From Lama glama (Eukaryota), in the NCBI GenBank assembly GCA_028534125.1, contig CM052817.1, positions 33,110,001 through 33,174,000 of the forward strand: 64,000 nucleotides of DNA, written 5' to 3'. The stretch's first letter is position 1. Each line of letters starts with the position of its first letter. This document shows positions 13,100 to 26,196 of this stretch, piece by piece. The translations under genes and the position numbers were made by a program. The notes under the pieces are model-generated. The model was not told where the DNA came from. It did not search any database and saw nothing but the letters and a program-made list of their open reading frames with translations.

Positions 13100-14450
13100 G
13101 GGAGCTTGGCCAAGGTGGTGAAGTAGGAAGACTGAGGTCACATCCTCTCATGGGCACACCAAAATTATAACTATTTACAGAGCAATTGTTGATTTTAAAA
13201 AAAGCAGAAAAGATCTTCTACAACTAAAGATACAGAGAAGGAACAACAATGAGAAAGGTAGGAGGGATGGACATGTGATATAGTCAAGACCCATACCCCC
13301 GGGTGAGTAATCCACAAACAAGAAGTTAATTACAATTGCAGAGGTCCTCCCCAAGGAGCAACAGGTCTAAGCCTCACATTGGGCTCCACAGCCTGGGGGT
13401 CCAGCACTGGCAAGATGAGCCTTCAGAACATTTGGCTTTGAAGGTCAATGGGGCTTACTTTCGGGAGACCCAGAGACAGTTGCGGAAAATAGAGACTCTA
13501 CTCTTAAAGGGTACATACAAAAAACCAAACAACCTGATTTTTAAAAATGAGCAGAGGACCTAAACAGAATTTTTTCCAAAGATATACTGATGGCCAACAG
13601 GCACATGAAAAGATACTCAACATCACTAATCATCAGAGAAATGCAAATTGAAACCACAATGAGATATCACCTCACACCTGTCAGATGACTAGCATCATTA
13701 GGTCTACAAATAACAAATGTTGATGAGGATGGGAGAAAAGGGAACCCTTGTACACTGTTGGGAGGGATGTAAATTGGTGCAGCACTAGGGAGAACAGTAC
13801 AGAGGTTCTTCAAACAACTAAAAATAGAACTACCATATGATCCAGCAATTTCACTCCTGGGTGTAAATTTAAAGAAAATGAAAACATTAATTCAAAAAGA
13901 TACATGATCCCCAAGGTTCATAACAGCATTAGTTAAAATAGCCAAGATATGGAAGCAACCTATTTGTACATTAACAGATGAATGGATGAAGATGTAGTAT
14001 ATACAATGGAACACTATTCAGCCATTTAAAAAAGGATGAACTATTGCCATTTACAACAACATGGATGGACCTGGAAGGTATTATGCTTAGTGAAATAAGT
14101 CAGACAGATAAAGAGAAATACTATATGTTATTATCACTTGTATGTGGTATCTACAAAGTAAAGCAAACAAATGAATAAAACAAAACAAAAACAGATTCAG
14201 ATACAGAGAACAAACTAGTAGTTACCAGTGGAGGTGGGGGTTGCAATATAGGACTAGGGGCTTAGAGGTAAAAACTACTGTGTATAAAATAAACAAGATA
14301 TAAGGGTATATTGCACAGCTCAGGGAATTCAGTCAATATTTTATAATAACTTTAAATGGAGTAAAATTTATAAAAATTTTGTATCACTATGATGTACACC
14401 AGAAACTAATATTGTAAATCAACTATACCACAATTTTAAAAAAAAGAAAA
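13100..14450 (+). mobile_element. L1 element: 5'UTR-like segment joined to the ORF2 3' end, 3'UTR and A tail
   Basis: 13100-13520 resembles an L1 5' end. 13520-14450 is clearly L1 ORF2 terminus and 3'UTR (GAAATGCAAATTGAAACCACAATGAGATATCACCTCACACCTG...) with an A-rich tail. Confidence 0.8.
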
Positions 14451-15847
14451 GAAATTATGTTACATGCTTCTGAAACAATTTAAATTCAAAAGACTCAGAA
14501 TAATCTCTTTGTACAAAATATAGGTTCTGAGGACCTGTGGCTTCTTTGTGGAGCCTGACATTTCTCAAAGCATAGGAATCCTTGAAACAAAGAAAATTCT
14601 AAATTACAAGTAAAGCCAAACTCTGAATTGTGTAAAGCCTTCAGAAACTCTTACATTGCATTCCTCATAGCAAAGGAGAAATTTAGTTACAGGCTAATGG
14701 TACACAATAACAGATTCTGGATGTATTCTGAAAATCCCTGTTCTCATTCACCATTAATATAAATCAGTTATCGAAATTGAAGTCTAACATTGGAAAAGCC
14801 ATAAATAAAGTAGTTATATAATATACCAGTCAGTGATAAAGTCACAGAAAAAGAGAGGGAAAAAAAGGTAAAGATAATCCTGGCAGGGAAAGAAGTTGTG
14901 TTATTCCACACGTAAAATGACAGCCTTCTACAAACAAAGTACAGAAACGGAGGCAGCTTTTAGTGTACAAGAAAAAAGAAGAGTTCTGTAATGAGCACTT
15001 GGGCTCAAAATCCAGGGCACAGTTTTGCTGGTTCTGTAACTTTTAATAAGCTAACTAACCTCCTGTGAAGTTTTTTCCTTTCAAAAATAAAAATGATACT
15101 CACTTGAAGGATTGTTTGGGTGACTGAATTAAGAACTTAAGCAGCTAATCCCTGATGAATACTAAATCCTTATGAAATACTATTTCCTCTCCCACACAAG
15201 AAGACTAAAATCTCTAGGTTGTGAAAAAACTATAGAGAAGCCTAAACTCTTGGGTCAATGCTTTTGCAAAGAGTATAATTTAATAGCCAGTTATGAAAAT
15301 GAACAAAATGTTAGGTAAGAGGAAGGTCTTGCTCAGCATATATCCTTAGAAAGTACTTGATAAACTGAGTTATTAAGTAGACATGGAATATTCTAAATTG
15401 ATATTAACTATGGGAAAAAATTTGGAATTATAAATGCAGATAACCATAATTTATTAAAAACTCCGAATTGGTAAGGGTACTGAATTCAATCCATAAAATT
15501 CCTAATTTCCATGAGTCTTTACTTTATCAGTTAGAACAATCAATAACAATGCATGGAAGATTACTAGCAAAAAATGTTGCTCCTAATTATTTTAAATATT
15601 TAATATTTTCCACAATAAATATGCTTCTAAATATTTTCCATAATAAATACACTTTTATTGTTTTTTTCTGAATATATAAATGATACGTGCTATTTTAAAA
15701 GAATTCAAACAATATGTAAATACAAAAGGAGATAAAAGTCATCTGAAATTCCACCATCCTGAGACTTTATTACCTGATATTATCGATCAAGATAGGCTAA
15801 GTTAGTTATGTCCCTTAACCCCCACAAAAAAAGGGGGAAAAAAAAAG

Positions 15848-16110
15848 GATAGGCTAAGTTATGTTGTGATAATAAAAGACTCCAAAAATCTCAGTGGCTT
15901 ATAACAACAAAGGTGTGTTTCCCACTCATGTTATAGGTTTACTGAGAGTTGGCTGAGCTCTGCTCTGTCTCATCTTCACTCCAGGATTCAGGCTGAACAT
16001 TGTCAGTTGCCAAGGCAAAAGGAAAAAAAAAGAAAAGAGATGTCAACCATGTGCTGTCTCTTAAAGCATGACTTCTGCCTTTACACCAATGCCTAAAGCA
16101 ACCAATATTG
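15848..16110 (-). mobile_element. Old MaLR (MLT1-type) LTR fragment
   Basis: GATAGGCTAAGTTATGTTGTGATAATAAA...AAATCTCAGTGGCTTATAACAACAAAGG is typical of reverse-oriented MLT1 ends. Confidence 0.55.
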
Positions 16111-16284
16111 CCAGGACTTGGTTAGGGGTGGGAAGAGAGTAATCAGAGGGAAAGGAGGGAAACTGAAATATTTACAAAACAAGCATATCATCTATCTAAA
16201 CTAAATGTGTATTAAAGAACTGAGTATGAGATTATTTAAGGATATCTCACTGTGGTTTACATTATTCAATTACTTCTATTAATG

Positions 16285-16975
16285 ATGTAAAATATACAAT
16301 AAAATGAATCATTATGAAGAATACAAGTCTGTGGGATTTATTACATTCACAATGTTGTACAACCTCTATCTAATTCTAAAAGTTTTTCAGTACCCCAAAA
16401 GGAGACCTCATACTCATGTAGCAGTTCTCTCCTCTGTCACCTTCCACCCACTCCTGGCAACTACTAACCTATTTCTACTCTGGGTATTTCATATAAATAT
16501 AAATATAAATACAAATATAAATATAAATATAAACATAAACATAAACGTAAATATAAATGCAAATGCAAATGAAATCACACAACATGTGACTTTTTGAGTC
16601 TGGCTTCTTTCACTCAGCCTATTTTTGAGATTCATTCATATTGTAGCATGCATCAGTACTTCATTCCTTTTCTTAGCTGAACAATATTCCATGTTATAGA
16701 TATACCACTTTTGCTTATCCATTTATCTTTTGATGAATATTTTATTTTTTACGCCTTTTGGCTATTGGAAATAGTGTTGCCATGAATATTCATCTATAAG
16801 TTTTTCTTTGAATACATGTTTTCAACTCTTTTGTGTATATACCTAGGAATGGAATTGCTGAGCCATACACTAATTTCAAGTTTAACTTTTTGAGGAACTC
16901 CCAAACTGTTTTTCACAGCTGCTGCACCATTTTATATTCCCAACAGGAGTGTAAGAGGGCTCCAATTTCTCCATA
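16285..16975 (-). mobile_element. L1 (L1MB-like) 3' portion
   Basis: Reverse L1 motifs (TCTGGCTTCTTTCACTCAGC..., TATATACCTAGGAATGGAATTGCTG). Confidence 0.75.
16492..16570. repeat. Imperfect (ATAAAT)n hexamer microsatellite, about 13 units
   Basis: Read directly from the sequence. Confidence 0.9.
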
Positions 16976-17960
16976 TAGCAAATACATGAAAAAGTGCTCA
17001 GCATCATTAGTTCTGAGGGAAATGCAAATTCAAAGCACAATAAGGTACACTTCACACCCCCCAAAATAACTAAAATTAAAATGATGGATATATTAGTCTG
17101 CTTGGGCTGTTATAAAAAAAATACCGTAGACTGATGGATTAAACAACAGAAATTTATTCTCTCACAGTTCTGGAGCTAGAAATCCAAGATCAATATGCCA
17201 CCAAGTCTGGTTTCTCCTGAGGCCTTTCTCCTTGCCTTGCAGATGGCCACTTTTGTCACTATATCTTCACAGTGCCTTTTCTGTGTTTGGTGTCTCTATG
17301 TATGTCCTAATTTTATAAGGATATCATTCATATTTGGTTAAGGGCAACCTTAAGGGACTCATTTTAACTTACTACCTCTTTAAAGATCATATCCAATACA
17401 GTCATATTCTGAGATACTGGAGTTTAGAGTTTCAACATACGAATTTTAGAGAGATACAATTCATTCCATAATAATGAACAATACCAAAAGTTGTCAAGAA
17501 TGTGGATCAACCAGAACCCATGTGCACTGTTGGTGAAGGTATAAAATAGTACAACTGCTTTAGAAAAATATTTGGCAGTTTCTTTTAAAACTAAACATAT
17601 ACCAATCCTATAACACAGCAATTTCACTGATATGAAAGTATAACCCAGAAATCCCACTGAAAAGAAAGAGAAATGATAGTATATCTCTCTCCCTAAAAAT
17701 ACTTGTTGAAGAATGTTCACAGTAATTATATTCATAGTAGCAAAAAACTGGAAACAGACAAGGTTTCTACCAACAGCAAAATAGCTAAGCAAACTGTGGT
17801 ATATTCATGTAGTAGAATACTACTACAAAACATTAAAAAGAGACAAAAAACAATATGGCGAATATCAAAATATTATGCTAAGTGAAAAAAGCCTGACACA
17901 AAAAGTACATACTATGTGATTTCATTTGTATATTTCACAATTTTACAAATATTGTTCTAA
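16976..17960 (+). mobile_element. L1 ORF2 end and 3'UTR fragment, interrupted by an MLT1 LTR
   Basis: AAATACATGAAAAAGTGCTCAGCATCATTAG...GAAATGCAAAT; the L1 pattern resumes at about 17475. Confidence 0.7.
17090..17472 (-). mobile_element. MaLR LTR, MLT1A/B-like
   Basis: TATTAGTCTGCTTGGGCTG...AAACAACAGAAATTTATTCTCTCACAGTTCTGGAG...ACAATTCA. Confidence 0.75.
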
Positions 17961-17971
17961 TAAAAAAATCC

Positions 17972-18275
17972 ATCCAGGTGGGCCCAGTGTAATCCTAGGA
18001 CACAAGAGGAGTCAGAGGCAGAAGAAAAGACAACATGAAAATGGAAGTTCAGGCTGCCAGTCAGGGGATGCCAAGGCAGTCTCTAGAAGCTAGAAGAGGC
18101 AAGCAACAGAACCTACCCTATAGTCTTCAGAATGAACCAGTCCTGCCAACACCTTGATTTTAGGACTACAAGACTGATTCCAGACTTCTGACCTCCAGAA
18201 CACCAAGAGAATTAACGTATTGTTTTAAGTCACTAAATTTGTGGTAACTTGCTACAAGAGCAATACGAAATTACT
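17972..18275 (+). mobile_element. MaLR LTR, MLT1C/D-like
   Basis: CTAGAAGCTAGAAGAGGCAAG...CCTGCCAACACCTTGATTTTAG...CTTCTGACCTCCAGAAC...TTTGTGGTAACTTG. Confidence 0.75.
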
Positions 18276-18279
18276 CCTA

Positions 18280-18945
18280 TTACTGACATCCCAGAAGAAA
18301 AGAAAGTAGGCAGAGCTGAGAAAGTGCTGGGAGAGATAATGGCTGAAAATTTCCCAAACTTGCAAAAGACACAAATATACAGATACAATAAGCTAGGTGA
18401 ACTCCAAACAGGAAAAACTCAAAGAAATCGATACGAAGACACATCATAATTAAACTTCTGAAAACTAAAGACAGAGGAAAAACCATAAAAGTAGGAAGAG
18501 AAATGATACCTCATCTATGGAGGAAAAACAACTGAAATGACAGTGGATTCTTATTAGAAACCATGGAGACCAAAGGAAAGTGGCATAATATTTTAACTGT
18601 TAACCCAGAATGCTATATGCAGCGAAAATATCATTCAAATATGAGAGGAAATAAAACTATTCTCAAATTAATAAAAACTAAGAGATTCAGTCATCAGCAA
18701 ATCTATTCTAAAAGAATGGCTAAAGGAAATTCTCCAAAAAGGAAAGAAAAAAGAGGAACTATTGAAACATGATGAAGAAAGAAAACAGTAAGCAAAAATA
18801 TAGGTAAATACAATAAGCAATTCTTCTTGAGTTCTCTATGCTTGATGGTAGAAGCAAAAATTTTAACACTTTCTGATTCAGATCTAAACGTATGTAGAAG
18901 AAATACTAAGATAGATTATATAAGTGTGGGAAGGTAAAGGGAAAT
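18280..18945 (+). mobile_element. Decayed L1 ORF1 region
   Basis: Translation fragments such as IPEEKK...EKVLGEIMAENFPNL are characteristic of L1 ORF1p. Confidence 0.75.
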
Positions 18946-19724
18946 AATGAGAGGTACCCAGCACTGCTCTTGCCTGCGTACTCTTGGGTCACACCACCTT
19001 CCGTATGCGTTGCTTCAACTTCTGGTGGTGAGCAAGAGGGCTGCCGCAGAGTCAGGAGGTGCATCAGTCCTGGGTGCTGGGGGAGGAGCGTGGGAGGAAG
19101 GGAAAGTATGCCTCTTTCTGGAGTCTCTCTTCAGAAACAAAGAAACCTGACCAAGAGGCCCTAGTAAGGGTTTTCTTTCACCTCCCCACTTCTAAAGCAA
19201 TCACTGGCAAAGGAAGTAGTTGGTATTCCAAGACAGGTTTGATTTAAGCCTTGGACTGAGCTTTGGTTAGAAAGAGTGCTGACGAGTCAAGGTTAAATAA
19301 ATTGGCCATGATAAAGATGTTACCTGTAGATCTAAAAGGTGTCTTGATTCTTACATTTGTCCCACTACATCCTTAGAATTCGTTTGCTTTTCCTGCGCGT
19401 GGATTCAACTCTTCTCTTTCTGCAAACTTCTGGGGGGCAGGGGGGAGTGGAACCTCACCTGTTCCTTTTGTAATTATCTTAGGCTTCTCTGGAGGTGGCA
19501 TACAGTAATGGTAAGCACTGACTTTAGAGCCAGACTGCTGGGGTTCAAATATAGGCCCCATCACTTCCAACCGTGTGTCACCTTAGGCATGTTATTTAAC
19601 CTTGTTCCTCTAATAGAACTCACCTCATAGAGATGTTGTGAGAACTAAGTTACTATAAACAAAGTGATCAGAACAACACCTATTACAAAATAAATCCTCT
19701 ATAAGTGTGTGCTATTATTATTAA

Positions 19725-20165
19725 ATGGCATCTACTGTTTTGGCATGCCCAGCATCCCTTCCCCCTTCTTTTCACAGATGTTTCAGTTTTCCTTTGAAGA
19801 ACTACCCCTCTGCCATGCCATATGATCTTGGCACAATTCTCAGTCAGTATGAACTGCTCCCAACCCCCACCAGGCAAGAGGTGGGCACAAGGCCCAAGTT
19901 AGGCCAATCTTACCTTCTCCCCTGGGGTCTGAGTCTGAGGCAGAATGAATCAAGATAAAAAACAGTTAAAATTCAGTCTCTCTGGTGTCAAGATCTTGAA
20001 GAGGCTTTTCCTGAGTTCTTGCCCCCTAGATCCCTGGAACTGTATAGTTTTTTCCAAAATCTGATTAACAGACCTTCTTTTGATTTTGTTGGCTTTCCAA
20101 TCCCCTTTAATCAATTCCCTTTTTGCTGAAATTAGCCAAAATTGATTTCTGTTGTTTATGGAACC
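19725..20165 (+). mobile_element. Old ERVL-type LTR, LTR16-like
   Basis: GGTGGGCACAAGGCCCAAGTTAGGCCAATC and the 3' TTCCCTTTTTGCTGAAATTAGCC...TTTCTGTTG pattern. Family from recall. Confidence 0.45.
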
Positions 20166-21974
20166 ATTATGTTGGACAATAGGCCTCCCCAAATTAAATC
20201 ACTTTATTAATTAAATAACTTTATTTTTGTCTCTTATTGACTCTTCATAGCTCTTCATGAACCTAGCTCTTCTCTGGCCCCTGCATACATAGCCTATAAG
20301 TTAAGACAGTGGCTCAGAAGTCAAACATTCTGGGCTCAAATTCTAACTCCACCCACTGCTAGCTATGTTACTTAATGTTTCTTTGCCTTAGCTTCCTTAA
20401 TCTGTAAAATAGAATAAAAACATTCACCTTATTGGGTTATTGTAAAACTTGAATGACTTTCCAAATATAAAATGCCTGGAACTGTGCTTGCCACATAGTA
20501 AGTCCTGAAAAATGTTAATAGGGCTGACGGCAGTCAGTAGTGGCCCAGTGAGGCTGCCCTCCTCACAATCCATCACACTAGGCCCTGACCTTTCTTGTTT
20601 CCATATCTATGTTCATACTAGCCCTCACTCCTTTTCCCAATCCTTCAAGACATCATTAATTCATGCACCACCACTTCCACAAGGCCCACACTGATCTACA
20701 AAGACCACGTTAACCTGATACTTCACTTATAGGAATTATAATCTGGAGCAGATGCACAAGGCTTGATTTCATACCATTCTATTGTTTTGTAATTGTACCT
20801 CTGTGTAGATCATGATTACCCCAACAAGAAAAGTGTCCCTTGAAGGCAAGAATGATATTTTATATTATTTCATATCCTTTATATTATTTAGTCCACAGTA
20901 AGGCTCATAGTAAATCCTTAATAATTAACTTTGGAATGGCCTTCTGAGCAGCTAAAAATATTTCCAATCACAATTTCTTCTGGGTCTGTAAGGGTTGCAA
21001 GCGCTTAGGTCTATGTTTTAGTATATATGCTGCCAAAGCAAAGACATGGCTTATGTTTTTATTGTGTGTATAAGCATAGAAAACAGACAAGGTACAGAAC
21101 TTTCTCTTCTCTTCCCCCACTGGCCAACACACACTGGATAGCCAATAAATGTTATTAACTATCTATAAAAAAGCTGAAAACTTCAGAAGCTGCAATTTCA
21201 TTCTAAATAGGATAGGAAATTCCAAATATATCTGTTACTGTTAAGAATGGAAACTATAATGCTGAAAGGTGGTGTTTTGTTTAGAACTTTAAAACGTGGA
21301 GATAAGGGAAATATAAACTCAGACAACTTTTTCTCTTCTAATATATTTTTTTCTCATAAGAATTGCAGATAAAGGACAAAGTAGAAAAGGTAACTATGGT
21401 ATCTTCTTATTATCATGTTTCTGGAGAAATGTTCTTTTATTTTTGGAACTCTGCATAACATAAAGAACCCCATCTTCTTGCTGTGATTTCTCTAATCCTG
21501 TGAAAAGATATACAGAGAAATAAAAATTTTTCCCACTGATGCCCAAGAGGATATTGTTTCCATATAAAAAGATGGCACTGTTTCAGAGCTATGTGGGCAG
21601 TATTTGAGTCATGTGGAAAAGTCATCTGGGAAAGAGAAATTGAGTAAGCCTAGCCTCAAGTCCATGTGAAGCTGTCTGTGAAATGGAGATGCTTAAATTG
21701 ACTCACTTAGCCAACCCTAGGAACAAGCTTATATTCCATCTAAATAACACCTCTATAAAGTTCTGCACCTTTTGGCTTATATTGTTTAATGAAAATGGCT
21801 ATTTCAAAGTTAAGAACAAATTCTTTTATATAAATGCTACCCACTATGGATTTTTCAACCAGGCTAACTCTTCACTGTTTTCTTTCTGCAGGAACACTCT
21901 AGGCGAGAAAGAAAAGGAAAGAAGGAGAAGTATGAAAGGGAAAAAAAAAAACAAAAAAAAAAAACGTATCTTAC

Positions 21975-22143
21975 TGGGATTGTGCGAGACAGCCGGGTGC
22001 AACCATATTCCAATTCTCTTCCTCAGCCCGGAGTGCAGTGAGCTCTGTCATGTTAACCATCACATCATTGGTGTGGCCCGGAAGCTGGGGGAGCACTGAA
22101 ATTATCTTCTCTACCAAGTTGTCCCCATGATGTCCAACTGCTC
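21975..22143 (-). CDS. SCFD2: SCFD2 coding exon 2, 169 nt, phase 1 to phase 2
   Basis: Acceptor ...CTTAAACAG|GAG and donor CCA|GTAAGA. Joins exon 1 in frame: (G)AVGHHGDNLVEKIISVLPQLPGHTNDVMVNMTELTALRAEEENWNMVAPGCLAQS. Not listed in the ORF track. Confidence 0.93.
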
Positions 22144-25100
22144 CTGTTTAAGCAGACAAGAAAATACGAACTCACAAAATGGGAGGAAAAACAAGCTGGA
22201 GTAATGTTTTGTAATACCTCTTCTATCAAAAACAACATATATTTTTAGTTTCTGTTACACAAATCAATAACACAAACCTAACATTTTGCCCTTAGTAACA
22301 CTAATTAAACTCACAATTACCCAGACAACGTATGTCTTGTATGTTGGACTTAATGGTCCCTGAGGACAGGCACTGTGTCTACTCTGGTTATTACTATATT
22401 CCCAGCCCCTAGCATAGTGCCTACACGTGGTAGACCTGATAAATAGTTAATGAATAAATAAATAAACAACATTTGGTCAGTCAGGTAAATGGTGTCACAG
22501 TATAACACTCTCCTGAAATTTTAGAGCAAAAGAGATTTTCTTTATTTTACAGATGAAGATCTTAAAACCCAGAAGGGCTTAGAGACCTGACCAATTAGAG
22601 CAAATCTCCCCTTTGCTAGAAACTTATCTTCATAATGGCAACTGTTTATCTAGTTCACCCTCTACCCAACATGTCTAGTAAGCAGTTTGGTAGCTAGGAG
22701 GCTCACTAATTATTTGTGAGATGAGGGAAAGAACAAAGGCATGAATGGTAACAGTTTGCAGTAGTAGAAGCATTTATAGAGTGTTTTCTGTGTTCCAGGC
22801 ACTGTTCTAGATGCTTCACATGTATTAACTCTTTTAATAATAAATGAATAAACTAAAATTAAAATTCAAGACCAATGGCACAGTTTAATACTTTTTCCAT
22901 GAGACCAAGTTATCTTTCCAAAAGCCATCACTGCATGAAGACATCACTCCAACAATGGGTGGGACTGGCCAAATCAACTTGCTTTAATCTGACCCACTTC
23001 AAATAAATTAACATTTTACTTCCAAATGTCTCTCTATTTTTTTTTTGCCATGTCATATTAATTGGACAGAAGAACTGGGTAGAAAAGCCTAAACCAGAAA
23101 TCCATGGAATCGCTGTCATCGCCATCATCATCATCTTTATCACAATAGCTAATTTATTGAGAGCTTATGATGCACCAGGTATTAAGTTTCATACTGTACT
23201 TTAATTCTTAATATACTTAATTCTTATAATGACCCTAAAAGGTAGGTGTTATTATGCTCATTGACAGAGTAGAAGATTCAGTTTAAATAACTTGCTTAAG
23301 ATTACATATGCTGTAAATTACAGAGGAAGAATTCAAACTCAGGAGGCAGATAACTCCAAAAATTCTTTATTAAAAAAAATCAGGCCCATAAAAGTGACTT
23401 GAAACAGAGCCAACATGAGTGCTTCTAAGGTGTCTTCTGATGTTAAAGAAAAGAGTCCTTGTCTTACCACTAAAATATTCATTAATTAGATCTGGAAGGA
23501 ACCATGTCTTATTTATGTTGCCTATGGTTTATGGTCGTCTCCCCAGCACTCAGACTACAAGCTACTCATTAAATACTTGCTGAACGAATGCCCAGTGACT
23601 GTATGTGTTCCTGGGATCAAGGGGAGAGTCAGAAGTCTCTAAAAGAATCATATCTTTAAGCCTGGACTGGAGATACTAGTATTACCCCATAGCATCATGA
23701 ATTTCTCTGTTCACTAGTATCCTCCTCACTTATTTAAAAACTTCCACTCTTGAATTTAAATTATTTGATGTCTATCCACAAATAATGTAGATATAGATAT
23801 TTATCATAGGTTAAGATAAAAAAAACAACTAAAATGTGTAGTTCCATCACTGAATACTCTGCCTGTTGCCAGTCATGGCTATATTCTTGCAGTGCTTTCT
23901 TCTTGGTCAGAAAGATAAATTATCAAGACTCTCCTTGTATGTAAAATGTGTCTGTAGTTTAGAAGAATACTGGCCAATAGGATGAAATACAATTCCAAGT
24001 TACGAAATTTCACAATGAATTTCTCCAATGAAAACTACAAAGTTCTTCTTAATCATGTACACTTAAATATTTTATATAACCCATTCTTTCAAAAATGTAT
24101 GCTCAAATCTTAAAGAACATTAAGGAAATAAGCTGAAAGTCCTTTTCCTTGAAATAAAATAAATTGTATTTTAAATAAATGAAAAAAAAACACAACTTCC
24201 ACTCATCACTACAGTAACTTTCCTTTGAACCTGGTGCCCAAATTCTGAGCCCTGCCCACAAGCTACTCTTATTTTTTGTCGGCTTTGCAGACACATGGTG
24301 CAAACAAGTGGCCTATATGTTCTGCCTTTCTTTTCTAACTTCTTTAGCCCCTACAATCTAGTTGCTACTCACTCCTCCTCCTGATGCTAAAAGCGGGGGT
24401 CTTTGGCAAGTCTCAGCTTATTAAATCCTCAGTTTAATGAAATTAAATGAATTTAATGAGTAGCTTACAGTCTGAGTGCTGGGGAGCTGACCATAAACCA
24501 TTAGTTAAATTAAAACTATTGACTACTCCAGTCCTCTTGAAACTCTCTAAATATGAGAAGTCAGGACATGGCATTCTTATTTTTCCTTAAGCTTTAATAG
24601 CTAATAGTTATTTTTACAAAACCAAAGTACATTTACATCCTTAAAATATTACATACTAACATTTGAAATGTTCAAAAGTAGAGGATTTTTTAAAATTATG
24701 GCATATTCACTGAAGCAGTTCTCAAGTTGTGATTTTTTTATTCTCTTCTATTTATTTATAGTTTATAAACTTTCCATGGTGAGCATACATTCTTGTTGTA
24801 ATAAGATAAAAAACTAAGTTATACACACATACAAATACCCCAAAATTTTACCAAGGGTTATCTTTGAATGGTAGGATTTTGGTTGACTTAAACTCTATCT
24901 AAACTTCATTTTATGACCAGTATTTTCTACAAGAAGCACATGAGACTTACCTAATTAGAAAAATAATTTACATCCTATCAGAAACTGTTGAAAATATTAC
25001 ATAAGAGAATTAAGAAAATGCCACATTTACATGACCAGGATTACTCAGCCTCTTAGGTTCAGTCAAAAGGAATGTATAGCTAACATGTTCCATAATGGAG

Positions 25101-26031
25101 GAAATTCCAGGTATGGAATTTCAACAAATTGACCTGCTCTTCTGTGAATACAGTTTCTCACATGTCCAACTTTACAGGCTTCAATATTCATTTTTAAAAT
25201 TTAATTAATGCTATTTATATGACTCAAACATAAACTAAGCATTTGGGGCTTCTCAATGTCACAGTAACTTCTGATTCTTCTTTCATGAAATGAATAAAAT
25301 GTTGACATTTATATCACACTTAAATTTTCAGAGAGCTTATTTTTTCTTTTATTATAGAGACTTTAAAATATTATTTAAGAAGCTCAAGAGTGGAAGTCAA
25401 CCAGAAAACAGTTATTTCTTCCCTGTCCCACTGTTAATCTAGCCAACAGCAATGTGGTCTAGTCTGGCCAGAGAATAGTTTATTTCCCATTGCCTTCTTT
25501 TCTGAAGGGGGTGTAGGAAAGAAATTGGGGACATTGACTCTAGTGGTCCCATCTTCCACTAGTTCCTTGTGTAATCTGAGGGAATTTCCATAAATGTGGT
25601 GTTATTTTACCAAGCTAAAAACTCAAGAGTTTTTCCAACTGACACCTAAATATCTTCAAGCCTTAGTATCTGAGATCCTAAGTTAAGCTAACTGCTTCAA
25701 GGGCTAAACATTTTAGTTAACGGGACCAGAAAAATACCAATCCTGTATGACCCTGTGGATCATATGCGAATGTGCTTGTGCTTGCTAATATCATTATCCT
25801 AAGGCACGTGACCTCTTCATTGCCTCTACTTGCACGGAATGAAGTAAGAAGCAAGAATTGAGGAGCCTTCACAAGATCTGTTAGACTGTAGAAGGGCTCA
25901 AAGATAAATACACAAGAGCCTTCTCTACATTTCACAAACAGGATATTCTGGGGTTGTGCACAGTGCCCCTTTGTGTTGAGACAGGGCTACTGGACTCTTG
26001 GAATTAGTGTATTAAAAAAAACTCACTTCCT

Positions 26032-26196
26032 AGGGAACTATATCCATTATCTTGTAGTCATCTATAATGGAAAAGAATATGAAAATGAATATATATGTAT
26101 GACTGAAACATTATGCTGTACACCAGAAATTGACACATTATAAACTGACTATACGTCAATAGAAAAGAATGCAAATTAAAGAGATAATAAAAATTT
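26032..26196 (+). mobile_element. 5'-truncated L1 3' end, same family as the copy at 35-238
   Basis: GACTGAAACATTATGCTGTACACCAGAAATTGACACATTATAAACT. TSD AAAAACTC(A/C)CTTCCT at 26017-26031 and 26197-26211. Confidence 0.8.

Noticed and set aside
16285..17960. Oppositely oriented adjacent L1 pieces suggesting a twin-priming inversion
   Set aside because: Both pieces appear to cover the same ORF2-end and 3'UTR region, so two independent insertions are more likely.
1..21974. Search for SCFD2 exon 3 or a nested gene in the intron
   Set aside because: No recognisable coding exon found by eye. Exon 3 is probably left of the window or hidden in the gap at 4548-5047.
21683..22099. 138-aa plus-strand ORF with a Lys run
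   Set aside because: Antisense to SCFD2 exon 2 and running through an A tract.
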